From a virus (taxonomy: Duplodnaviria > Caudoviricetes), in IMG/VR virus record IMGVR_UViG_3300034110_000489, positions 1 through 52,813 of that record: a DNA stretch of 52,813 nt; one strand, 5' to 3'. The notes below the pieces were generated by a model. It was not told the origin of the DNA and searched no databases. It worked only from the letters and a program-made list of their open reading frames with translations. A program made the position numbers and the translations under genes. This document shows positions 38,169 through 46,441 of this stretch, in pieces (within the stretch, counting starts at the first letter, position 1; each line of letters opens with the position of its first letter).

Positions 38169-38933
38169 TCAGTCGGAGAGAAACTTTCGGAGGTCATTCA
38201 CCTTGAACCAGTCACACCACGGACCGGAGCCGGGGGTCGTCTGCCATGATCCCCATAGTTCGCCGACGGCGGCGAGAGTTACGCAGAGTCGACCGTCGAC
38301 AGTTTTCTCGGCGACGAGATTCGAGCCGGCGATACCGGGGACGAGTTCGATCCACGGACCGATCGGTCCGGTCGGTGTCGCCGACCAACACGCGACGACC
38401 TGTCCGCCGGCAGTGAGAGCGATGTACTCGTCGCGTCCGTCGACATTCTTGAAATGGAACATGGCTTCATCCTTTGTTTCGATCGGTGCGGGACCGGGTC
38501 CGGGTGTCGGAGTTGTGTCGTATGCGGGGCGCGCGATCTCTGCCATGCCGCCGCCATCGAACGGGAACCATAGGTCTTTCACTCGGGATCCGTTCACGTT
38601 CCCGTTGCGAGTCCACGCGCCCGACTCGGTGAGTCCGATCACCATCGCGACGTGGTCATACCCGCCGGGAGTGGATCCCCATTCGAACGCGACGAGATCG
38701 CCCGGGAGCGCCGAGCGGATGTCGTATGAGTTGCGGCCCTGTCGACGATAGGCGTCGAAGCACGCGGAGACCCACGCGTACCGGGTCGGGATGCCACACT
38801 CCGAAAGCGCCATGCTCTGAAATGCCATACACCACGCTGTCCCTCTGCTGAGGGGATACCAGTTCCACGTTTCGTCGCCGCCCTGATTGAGGCGCGCACC
38901 CTCGAACGCGAGGACCTGCTCGGCGGTCGTCAT
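38169..38933 (-). CDS. Endolysin, CHAP/NlpC-P60 domain plus C-terminal Trp-rich binding domain
   Basis: AWCMAF, PGDLVAFEW, DHVAMV, NGN; Pro-rich linker. Confidence 0.8.
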   Translation of the reverse strand: MTTAEQVLAFEGARLNQGGDETWNWYPLSRGTAWCMAFQSMALSECGIPTRYAWVSACFDAYRRQGRNSYDIRSALPGDLVAFEWGSTPGGYDHVAMVIGLTESGAWTRNGNVNGSRVKDLWFPFDGGGMAEIARPAYDTTPTPGPGPAPIETKDEAMFHFKNVDGRDEYIALTAGGQVVACWSATPTGPIGPWIELVPGIAGSNLVAEKTVDGRLCVTLAAVGELWGSWQTTPGSGPWCDWFKVNDLRKFLSD

Positions 38934-39106
38934 CGCTCGACCTTGTCGGGATGGTCCTCGCCGGCCGGAGGGTCGAAATGGGGGATGAGTCCGAGGGCGT
39001 CAGGGTCCGGAATGTCTCCGACCTCGTGATCGTCCTCGACGTGTGTCGGGGTGGCGTCAGTCATGCCGCCGAGCGTATCGCACTGTCGGCGATCAGGCTC
39101 GACGAG

Positions 39107-39352
39107 TTACATCGAGTCGACCCGTCGGTCCCATTCGGCCTCGTAGCGTGCCTCGCGTGCCTCGGCCCATCGGTCGGCGTCGGCTTCGGCGCGCATCTCC
39201 TCGGCCTGATCCCATAGTTCGGCGACGCGTGCCTCGATCTCCTGATCTGTTGGCTCTCGATTGAGGGTCGAGGTGAGTTCGACGGTCGCGTCGTCCCACG
39301 CTGCTTCTTCCCACTGCTCGGCGAATCTGCTGTCGTGGTCGTGTCTGCTCAT
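39107..39352 (-). CDS. Hypothetical acidic protein
   Basis: ATGA-coupled ORF in accessory island. Confidence 0.6.
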   Translation of the reverse strand: MSRHDHDSRFAEQWEEAAWDDATVELTSTLNREPTDQEIEARVAELWDQAEEMRAEADADRWAEAREARYEAEWDRRVDSM

Positions 39353-39522
39353 CGTTGGGCCTCCGAGGTGATGGCGAGAGAAAGGACTCCGAGCACGGCG
39401 GCCGAGAGGAGTCCGACTCCGAGGTTCGTCGAGACGGCGATCGCCGCTCCGGTAATGACGGTCAGGGTCGCGAGGACCGAGATCGAGGGTCGAGAGATCG
39501 CGTCGAGGAGTTGGCGGATCAT
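39349..39522 (-). CDS. Small two-helix membrane protein
   Basis: Hydrophobic; ATGA overlaps. Confidence 0.55.
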   Translation of the reverse strand: MIRQLLDAISRPSISVLATLTVITGAAIAVSTNLGVGLLSAAVLGVLSLAITSEAQR

Positions 39523-39737
39523 GAGAGGAACCGTCCGGCGGCGAGGTCGTCGATAGCGTCGAGGAACTGATCGGTCGAGAGTCCCGTCGGGAAATGCTCG
39601 ACGTCGGAGACGATCCATCCGGAGTCGTCCCTCCCGTCGAATAGCGAAGTGTTGCCCGGGACCGGTCGTCGCTCGACGATCGCGACTCCGGTCTCCGGGT
39701 CGTAGTCGAACCGCCAGTGCCGGTAGACGATCTTCAC
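39519..39737 (-). CDS. Hypothetical protein
   Basis: GTG start with GGAGG RBS. Confidence 0.55.
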   Translation of the reverse strand: MKIVYRHWRFDYDPETGVAIVERRPVPGNTSLFDGRDDSGWIVSDVEHFPTGLSTDQFLDAIDDLAAGRFLS

Positions 39738-39843
39738 AATCCCTCCCGGATGACGGCGCGCACGGCGTACACGAGGACCGAGGTCATCCCGACGACGATC
39801 ACGATCTGACCGCCTCGGGACACGAGCCATACGAGGAGACCGC

Positions 39844-40131
39844 TCACGAGAGGACCTCCTCGATCATCGTCGCCGACTGTCGGAACGCGTGGACGTGGAT
39901 TCGGGTCGGGTAGACCTCACCCTCGAACGCGTCGGTCATGTAGGCGTAGGCGTCGATCTCGACGGCGTATTCGATCGACGGGCGCTCGTCGTCGGGGACC
40001 GGGACGATGTCGAGGTGGGCGACGACGAGTCCGTCGAGTGAGACGAAGATCGTCGCTGTCCCGTTGTTCTGCTGTTGGATGACGGTCTCGACGTCGAGGT
40101 CCGGGACCGGTGTCCATTCTCCGGATTTCAT
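39844..40131 (-). CDS. Hypothetical protein
   Basis: GAAGGAG RBS, ATGA overlap. Confidence 0.6.
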   Translation of the reverse strand: MKSGEWTPVPDLDVETVIQQQNNGTATIFVSLDGLVVAHLDIVPVPDDERPSIEYAVEIDAYAYMTDAFEGEVYPTRIHVHAFRQSATMIEEVLS

Positions 40132-40361
40132 GAGTGTGCTCCTTCGGTGTGGGGGCGGTCGAGGTTGGCGAGACGTTTCGCCTCGGCGAATGATCCGGTG
40201 GACTCGATGAATTCGTAGTCGAGGATCCCGTCGGAGAGGGTCCAACGGCGGACGATCCACGAGCCGGGATCGGGATTCGAGACGACGTAGGTCCCGTCGG
40301 TCTCGTACGGTCCGGACTCGTACCATCCGGCACGGATCCGAGTGAATCGGAGGGCGCTCAT
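40128..40361 (-). CDS. Hypothetical protein
   Basis: GGAGG RBS, ATGA overlap. Confidence 0.6.
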   Translation of the reverse strand: MSALRFTRIRAGWYESGPYETDGTYVVSNPDPGSWIVRRWTLSDGILDYEFIESTGSFAEAKRLANLDRPHTEGAHS

Positions 40362-40684
40362 CGTGCCGCCTCCGATCCGAAGTCGACGTTGACGAAGCAC
40401 GAGGCGAGGTAAGCGGTCTCGCCGAGATCCTCGGCGTAGACGTGAGTAACCTCGCCTTTGATCCACTGCTTCAGACCACGAGAGAACACTCGACGGACGC
40501 TGTAAAGATCGCGACCCTCGACGTACTCGACCTCGACGCTGTAACCGGATGAGACCGGGAACGAGAGTGTCGTCGAGGCGATGCGCTGAACGCGTCCGCC
40601 GGAGATGGCGAGGATGTTGGTCCGGCCGATCTGCTGTTCCATCGTGTGACAGATTTCGAGTTGGTAATCGGTGGTGGTGTTCAT
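40358..40684 (-). CDS. Hypothetical protein, first gene of P5 cassette
   Basis: MNTTT start; QQIG...ILAISGGR. Confidence 0.7.
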   Translation of the reverse strand: MNTTTDYQLEICHTMEQQIGRTNILAISGGRVQRIASTTLSFPVSSGYSVEVEYVEGRDLYSVRRVFSRGLKQWIKGEVTHVYAEDLGETAYLASCFVNVDFGSEAAR

Positions 40685-40730
40685 TGGGATCCCCTTCGGG
40701 TTCTAGGTGTCGGTCCGTCCGACGTGAGTA

Positions 40731-40759
40731 ACCATACACGACTGCTCTACCCCGGTCAA
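40731..40759 (-). promoter_or_regulatory. Conserved promoter P5
   Basis: TTGACC-ggggtagagcagtcgtg (17 nt)-TATGGT. Confidence 0.85.
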
Positions 40760-40925
40760 GTACCCGGGGGGGGATTTCTCGGATCAGGCTCCGGAGCGGC
40801 CGGCGGTCCGGCCTGATACTGGCGAATCATCTCCTCGACCCTCCGCTCATGCTCCGCCTCTAGCGCCCTGAGAGCCTCCGAGAGCGCCTCCGAGATCCCC
40901 GACGAGCCATCGTCCGGGATGGCGA

Positions 40926-41210
40926 TCATCGCCCACCTCCGGGACACGACAGCGCCTCGGCGATCTCCGAGATCCGATCCTCCGGACCGATGTCGGCGAC
41001 ACTCCGACCGCAACACGGGAGGATCCCATCGGTCGGGATCCCGTGAGTCGAGAAGACGAGGACCTCCTCGCACGGGATCCGATAGCGCCGGCCGCCGATG
41101 ACGACGGTCGCGATCCTCGATTCGCGCGTTACGTGCTGAAGGCGACCGACTCGACCATCGTCGAGGACTACCTCCCGCTTGTCGCGCGCGTGGGCGAATG
41201 TCGGCTTCAT
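40926..41210 (-). CDS. Hypothetical protein
   Basis: MKPTFAH start, ATGA overlap. Confidence 0.55.
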   Translation of the reverse strand: MKPTFAHARDKREVVLDDGRVGRLQHVTRESRIATVVIGGRRYRIPCEEVLVFSTHGIPTDGILPCCGRSVADIGPEDRISEIAEALSCPGGGR

Positions 41211-41497
41211 GACGTGGACTCTTTCGGGTAGTGATAGGTGACAACCGACTCGGATCCGGAGCGTCGGAGACGAGTCCACGATCGGAGCACCTCTCCCCGG
41301 TCGGTCGAGTCAGCGTAGGACCTCGGACGGATGTCGAGGTCGTAGTACATCACCTCGGAGAACTCCTCGACGTTGACGAGGTCGAGGGTAGCGATGACGC
41401 GTCCGCCGGCGACGATGTCGAGACCGCCGTCATCGTTGGCGATCGTGACGAGTGTCGGGATCTCGTGCGGGATGATCGGCGTCGGCTCGGTGCTCAT
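41207..41497 (-). CDS. Hypothetical protein
   Basis: GGGGGAG RBS, ATGA overlap. Confidence 0.6.
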   Translation of the reverse strand: MSTEPTPIIPHEIPTLVTIANDDGGLDIVAGGRVIATLDLVNVEEFSEVMYYDLDIRPRSYADSTDRGEVLRSWTRLRRSGSESVVTYHYPKESTS

Positions 41498-41627
41498 GAC
41501 TCCCCCGGTTCTTCGCAGTCGTGACCGAACGCCCGTTCGCATGAACAGACCCGGACTCGACACTCCGGACACGAGGACACTCCTCGACCGTGACAGTCGT
41601 CGTTCGGCTCGTGCCGTTGGTCGGCGC

Positions 41628-42143
41628 TCATCGGACGACCTCGACGATCCGATCGAGGCCGGCGGCGCGACGCTCGGCGACAGCGAGTCGGGTTCGTGCG
41701 GTCCACGCCCTGTCGGCGGCCAGCGATGCGGCCCGAGTCGAGGTCCGGTCGACGAGGAGATACCAGCGGTGATGTTTCTCCGCTTCGGTTTCTTTGCCGA
41801 TGGCACGATCGAGAGCGGAGCGAAGCGCTCGGTGAGTCACGATCTCGAACGTCGAGGCGTTGCGCCCGATCTGAGAGTCGAGAGTCGTCACGACGTAGAC
41901 GGTCCGGCCACGGTCGGCGCCGGTCAGAGCGTGCTTCGAGAGTTCGCCGGTCGGGACGAGGTCATCCCACGCTGAGCGGATCTGTCGCGCACACTTTGAG
42001 CAGATGTCGACGGACATCGTTCCGTGAATGGTGGTCGTGATCTTTCGGTGTGTTGCCGGTCCGTGGCGGTCGACGTGGGATTCGGTGAACAGGTTCGCAC
42101 ACTGTCCGCCGTTCGAGATGATGGTCGAGTTCATGGCGATCAC
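41628..42143 (-). CDS. Hypothetical protein (P6 cassette)
   Basis: Coupled ORF containing CSKC, ending IVEVVR. Confidence 0.6.
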   Translation of the reverse strand: MIAMNSTIISNGGQCANLFTESHVDRHGPATHRKITTTIHGTMSVDICSKCARQIRSAWDDLVPTGELSKHALTGADRGRTVYVVTTLDSQIGRNASTFEIVTHRALRSALDRAIGKETEAEKHHRWYLLVDRTSTRAASLAADRAWTARTRLAVAERRAAGLDRIVEVVR

Positions 42144-42403
42144 TTTCCGATTCCGTAAGCGGCGGCGAGGAAGTATCCGAGTGCTTCGCTCTCGGTGACG
42201 CTGAGCATCCGGGCGAGACTGCGGAGGAGGTCGTCGCTCTCCTCATGCCATTCGGCTGAACGCTCCGACATCTCCTCGGAGATGGTGTCGAGTCCGGCGT
42301 AGTGAGCGTTTTCGACGGCGGTGTCGTAGAACTCTGCGATGCGGATCGTCATCTCGATCTTCTCGACGAGTCGGGCGGTGGTGGTGGTGGCGACGTTGCT
42401 CAT
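42140..42403 (-). CDS. Hypothetical protein (P6 cassette)
   Basis: MSNVATTTT start at ATGA. Confidence 0.6.
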   Translation of the reverse strand: MSNVATTTTARLVEKIEMTIRIAEFYDTAVENAHYAGLDTISEEMSERSAEWHEESDDLLRSLARMLSVTESEALGYFLAAAYGIGK

Positions 42404-42648
42404 CGGACGACCTCCACGATCGAAAGGTGAGCGACCTCGTCGGCCCACGAGGAGACCTTCGGGGTACACCTCGTACAGAACGCGATGACCGCTCGACCGT
42501 CGTCGGTGTTGAGGAGCGCACGAGTTACGGGAAGGCCGCACGCTTTCGCTACCCATGTGCCGGCGATGTCGCCTCGGCGGCGACATGACTGTCCGCACTG
42601 ATGCGAGTTCGGATGAAGATCGGAAAGCGTGATGGTGGCGGTGTTCAT
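42400..42648 (-). CDS. Small Cys-rich protein, paralog of 19401-19649
   Basis: CGQSCRRRGDIAGTW...CTRC.PKVSS...IVEVVR. Confidence 0.75.
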   Translation of the reverse strand: MNTATITLSDLHPNSHQCGQSCRRRGDIAGTWVAKACGLPVTRALLNTDDGRAVIAFCTRCTPKVSSWADEVAHLSIVEVVR

Positions 42649-42697
42649 GGCGACCCTCCGAGGGTGCTAGGTGCCGGCGGTGTTGCCGACAGGAGTA

Positions 42698-42726
42698 ACA
42701 ATACAGAGGACCTCTACCCCGGTCAA
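42698..42726 (-). promoter_or_regulatory. Conserved promoter P6
   Basis: TTGACC-ggggtagaggtcctctg (17 nt)-TATTGT. Confidence 0.85.
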
Positions 42727-42851
42727 GTTATTAGGGAAACAATCCTCTGACCTGCGGAAACGCGCCTAATCCCGGACGCGAAAGCGACGCTCGACCGGAC
42801 CCGACCTCCCCCGAGGACATCCGATCGAGCGTTGCGACGAGCGCTCGGGAG

Positions 42852-43391
42852 TTACTGAGCCAGTGACGACTTCAACATCCACGCGTGTTTCTGATGAGAC
42901 TCGATCCGCTCCGAAATCAGATTCGCGATTCCCTGCTCATTAGCGGCGGACGCGATCTCGAACGTCGAGTTGAGCGACACGAGAACGGCCATGTTCCCGA
43001 CGTGGAGATCGGCGGACATCTCCGCGGGCATCGGCGAGGAGACCGGGACGTCGACGATCGAGCGAAGCGCCATGATGTCCGGCAGTCGGAACGGAGCCAT
43101 GCCGTCGAGCGCGCGGATGCTCTCCGCTATCGGATCGACACTCGACTCGACATCCTCGTAGATGGATCCGTACAGAGCGTGATACTCGGCGAAGTCGGAT
43201 CCGATCACGTTCCAGTGGTAACCGTGTGCTCGAAGCGAAAACGAAATCACGTCGGCGAGGAGACGTCGAAGCGACGAGACCAGCATCGGACGCGCCTCGT
43301 CGAGATCGTGTTCGGCCTTCGCCAGTGGAGCGGCGACAGTGCGAAACGCGACCGGGGTCGCGTCATGGTTGCGGGAAATGTGAACGGTCAT
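42852..43391 (-). CDS. dps: Dps-family mini-ferritin
   Basis: HGYHWNVIG.DF..YH, D.IAE.IRAL, HQKHAWML; ATGA overlap with protease gene. Confidence 0.9.
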   Translation of the reverse strand: MTVHISRNHDATPVAFRTVAAPLAKAEHDLDEARPMLVSSLRRLLADVISFSLRAHGYHWNVIGSDFAEYHALYGSIYEDVESSVDPIAESIRALDGMAPFRLPDIMALRSIVDVPVSSPMPAEMSADLHVGNMAVLVSLNSTFEIASAANEQGIANLISERIESHQKHAWMLKSSLAQ

Positions 43392-45421
43392 ACGTTGCCT
43401 TCCGAGGGTAGATCGACGGTCACGCGTTGACCGGCTCCGCCCATAGAGTAGCCGCGGATCTTTCCCGCTTTCACGAGGTCCCACGCCCACGACTCCCAAA
43501 CGACGCCCATGAACACGGTTCCCGGTGGGAACTCCTGCTCGACAGTGAGTCCGGATCCGGCGTCGATCATCGGAACCGACACGGCGTACGGCCATGTCAG
43601 AGCCTCGACCCATTCGCCGGCGACGATCTCGACGTCGTGCTGAAGTCGGATCTGTCGGTCGCCCTTGCGGACATAATCCCATAGCGCCGACTGAAGTTCT
43701 GTCGAGTCGGTCCATTCGCCGTGCGCGTCGTACGAGTCCGGGACGTACCACGGTCCGAGAGTGAAACGACGTTCCTCCGCCTTAGCGAACACGGACGGGA
43801 TCGAGCGTTCGAGAGCGCCGATCTCGGTGAGGGTGCCGACACGGTGTCCGACGCGTCGATCGGTGGGGCGCCATCCCTCCGACGTCTCCTCCCATAACCG
43901 AATGAGAGCGGCGGGGTCATCCTCGGACGCGTCGATCGTGAACGATGAGTCGGGGACAGCGATCGGACGATCCGTCGAGATCCGCTCGACCTGACCTCGA
44001 CCTCGACCTCCGGACGATCCCCAAGAAACATACGAGCCGACTCCGATCCGTTTCGACATCATGCCGGCCGGGGAGACCAGTCGACGCCGAGAGCGTCCGC
44101 CGGATCCCATCGGAACTTCGACGTGGACATCGGAGACCGACGGCGATCCCTTGTCGATCCCGTCGAGGATGCCACGAGTCCACGAGACGGCGGGGTCTCC
44201 TCCCCAAGCGGCCCACGCGACGCGACCCGGCGACGGGTATCCCGGCTCTCCGGGCGACCATCCTTCGCCCTGCTTGTCGGCCTCGTGACGAGCAAGGTAC
44301 GAGGAGATCCGCTCCACGGTGTCGAGCGAGACGGGGTTTCCGGCGGCGAGGTCAGAGGCGCGACGTCGGCCGGTCGGAGTGAATCCGTCTCCGGCGTGAC
44401 CCTCGGCGATCCATGCCTCGGCCCGTGCGGCCTCCTCGCGGACTCCGGCGGGAGGCTCGAACGTGTCGGCCTTAGCGAAACGCTCGACCTCGGCGAGACG
44501 TGCCTCGGCCTCGGCGCGAGTGTCGTACGTGCCGAATGATCGACTGCCATCGGCGGACGTCACACGAAACCGACCGTCGACCTCGACGACCTCCTTCGAC
44601 ATCGTCTCGACGATCTGAAGTCGCTCCGGAATCACCCATAGTTTACAGATTCCTTCGGGAGCGATGGATCCCTCGACCCAATAGCACCCGCCGACCTCGG
44701 GGCAATAGGCTACGCAGTTGTAGCAGGCGAGACCCTCGTCGACGAACGGCGACTCGTCGATGTAGTGGGCGTCGGACTGTCGGAAGCATCCGAGCGCGTC
44801 GACGATGAGATCGTGAGCCTCGGCCAGTGCGGCGGATCGGAGAGTCAGGTCGCCGAGTTGGCTCTCGTGCTCGTGCTCGGAGTCGTGGGCCATCGGATCG
44901 GCGCCGTACTCGGACATCAGGTCTTTCGCCATCGGGGACGGGATGAACAGGCGAGGCGCCAGCGCTCCGACGCGTTGCCGGTTGTCGGAGGTCGACGCGT
45001 TGCCAGTGTCGACCGAGAGCGCTTTCCCGAACACTGTCCGGAGACGATCGAGGAGACCGAGGAGACCGCCGCGATCCTCGTCGTCGTCGTCGTCGTCGTG
45101 ATGCTCTTTCTCGGTGTCGTAGTTGCCGGCCTCGATCTCGGTCTCGTAGGACATCTCCATTTCGTCGACGTGGTAGTCCGTCTCGATCTTGGTCGACTCC
45201 TCGTCCTCGGACTCGGTGTCCTCCGGATCCTCGACGGTGCCAGTCGGAGCGATCACGAGTCGGTATCCGCTCTCGTCGACGATGGTCGCGATGTCGGCGA
45301 CAGTCATCCCGGACGCGATGAGTTCCTCAGCGGTAACGCGGATGTCCTCGGGCATTCCGTCTTTCGTGAGACGGTCGAGGGGAACGGCGCGGATGATGTC
45401 GACGATTCGTGTTTCGGTCAT
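43388..45421 (-). CDS. Multidomain capsid maturation protease (XkdF-like C-terminus)
   Basis: RFTLGPWYVPD..DAHGE...LQH...WDLVKAGKIRGYSMGG; extra HiPIP-like and Tudor-like domains. Confidence 0.85.
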   Translation of the reverse strand: MTETRIVDIIRAVPLDRLTKDGMPEDIRVTAEELIASGMTVADIATIVDESGYRLVIAPTGTVEDPEDTESEDEESTKIETDYHVDEMEMSYETEIEAGNYDTEKEHHDDDDDDEDRGGLLGLLDRLRTVFGKALSVDTGNASTSDNRQRVGALAPRLFIPSPMAKDLMSEYGADPMAHDSEHEHESQLGDLTLRSAALAEAHDLIVDALGCFRQSDAHYIDESPFVDEGLACYNCVAYCPEVGGCYWVEGSIAPEGICKLWVIPERLQIVETMSKEVVEVDGRFRVTSADGSRSFGTYDTRAEAEARLAEVERFAKADTFEPPAGVREEAARAEAWIAEGHAGDGFTPTGRRRASDLAAGNPVSLDTVERISSYLARHEADKQGEGWSPGEPGYPSPGRVAWAAWGGDPAVSWTRGILDGIDKGSPSVSDVHVEVPMGSGGRSRRRLVSPAGMMSKRIGVGSYVSWGSSGGRGRGQVERISTDRPIAVPDSSFTIDASEDDPAALIRLWEETSEGWRPTDRRVGHRVGTLTEIGALERSIPSVFAKAEERRFTLGPWYVPDSYDAHGEWTDSTELQSALWDYVRKGDRQIRLQHDVEIVAGEWVEALTWPYAVSVPMIDAGSGLTVEQEFPPGTVFMGVVWESWAWDLVKAGKIRGYSMGGAGQRVTVDLPSEGNV

Positions 45422-45475
45422 GAGATGGCTCCTTCGGTGCGGCAGTGTAACCGACGAGGTGTCGCCGGCCCGGGG

Positions 45476-46432
45476 TCACTCCTCGATCTCGATCTCGTCA
45501 TCGGATGGTTTCGACGACTCGGCGTCCCCCGGAGCGACGTCCGGGATCAGGACAGCGGTACAGCGACAGTTCGGATGAGCGGGAGGCATACCATCGTCCG
45601 AGGAGAAATCCCCATCCGCCGCGACGATCTCGCCGTCGTAGATCGAGCACTCCTCGCACGCGTCCCCCTCGGCAATCCATTCCTTCGACGAGTTAGAGAG
45701 ATCCACGAGTCCGGCGTCTTGTGCTTGCTGCCATGAGATAGCGCGTCCCTCGTTCGCCGCTGTCATGACTTCGGTTCGGGCGATCATCATCGAACGCGAG
45801 TCGATCAGTCGATCGCGATACGCCTCGGCGAGACGCTCGGCGCGTTCCTCGGCGGCGGTGCTCGTGAGACCCTCAGCGAGAAAGGACGTTACGTTTCGTT
45901 GGTACGAGTTCTCGACGGCGGCCGCCCATCGCGGGAACAGTCCGATCTGTCGGGGGATCTCGCGCGCGATCTGTCGCGGGTCGATCTGATTCACGAACGA
46001 TGAAGTGATGAGTTGACGGATCTCCGCTCGGACACTCTCACCGATGCCGACGACCAGTTCTCCGGACCTCGCCGCCGCCCACGCTGTCGCCCGTGGATCC
46101 GTCACGTCGAACGCATACGCTCCGACGACTCGACCGATCGACCGAGTCTCGGCGACTCCGGTGTTCACGATCTGCTGAAGCAGAGGTATCCGGGATGTCG
46201 ACATCCTCTCGCCGAACGTGGACCAGTTGAACGCCTGAACGGCCGCTCCGACTGAACGCGACGACAGAGCACGAGAAAGCGTCGCCGTGTCGAGGTCGGA
46301 GGTCAGTCCCCGAAACGCCTCGGCGATGACCGAAGTCATCCTACGTTCGGTTGCGGTCAGACGTTTCGTCCCGAGGAGACGTCGTCCCGGGTTAGCGACC
46401 TTCTGTATTTGGCGACCCCTGCGCGCGTTCAT
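45476..46432 (-). CDS. MuF-like minor head protein
   Basis: MIARTE, KEW, CEEC, PPAHPNCRC. Confidence 0.9.
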   Translation of the reverse strand: MNARRGRQIQKVANPGRRLLGTKRLTATERRMTSVIAEAFRGLTSDLDTATLSRALSSRSVGAAVQAFNWSTFGERMSTSRIPLLQQIVNTGVAETRSIGRVVGAYAFDVTDPRATAWAAARSGELVVGIGESVRAEIRQLITSSFVNQIDPRQIAREIPRQIGLFPRWAAAVENSYQRNVTSFLAEGLTSTAAEERAERLAEAYRDRLIDSRSMMIARTEVMTAANEGRAISWQQAQDAGLVDLSNSSKEWIAEGDACEECSIYDGEIVAADGDFSSDDGMPPAHPNCRCTAVLIPDVAPGDAESSKPSDDEIEIEE

Positions 46433-46441
46433 CGAGATCGG

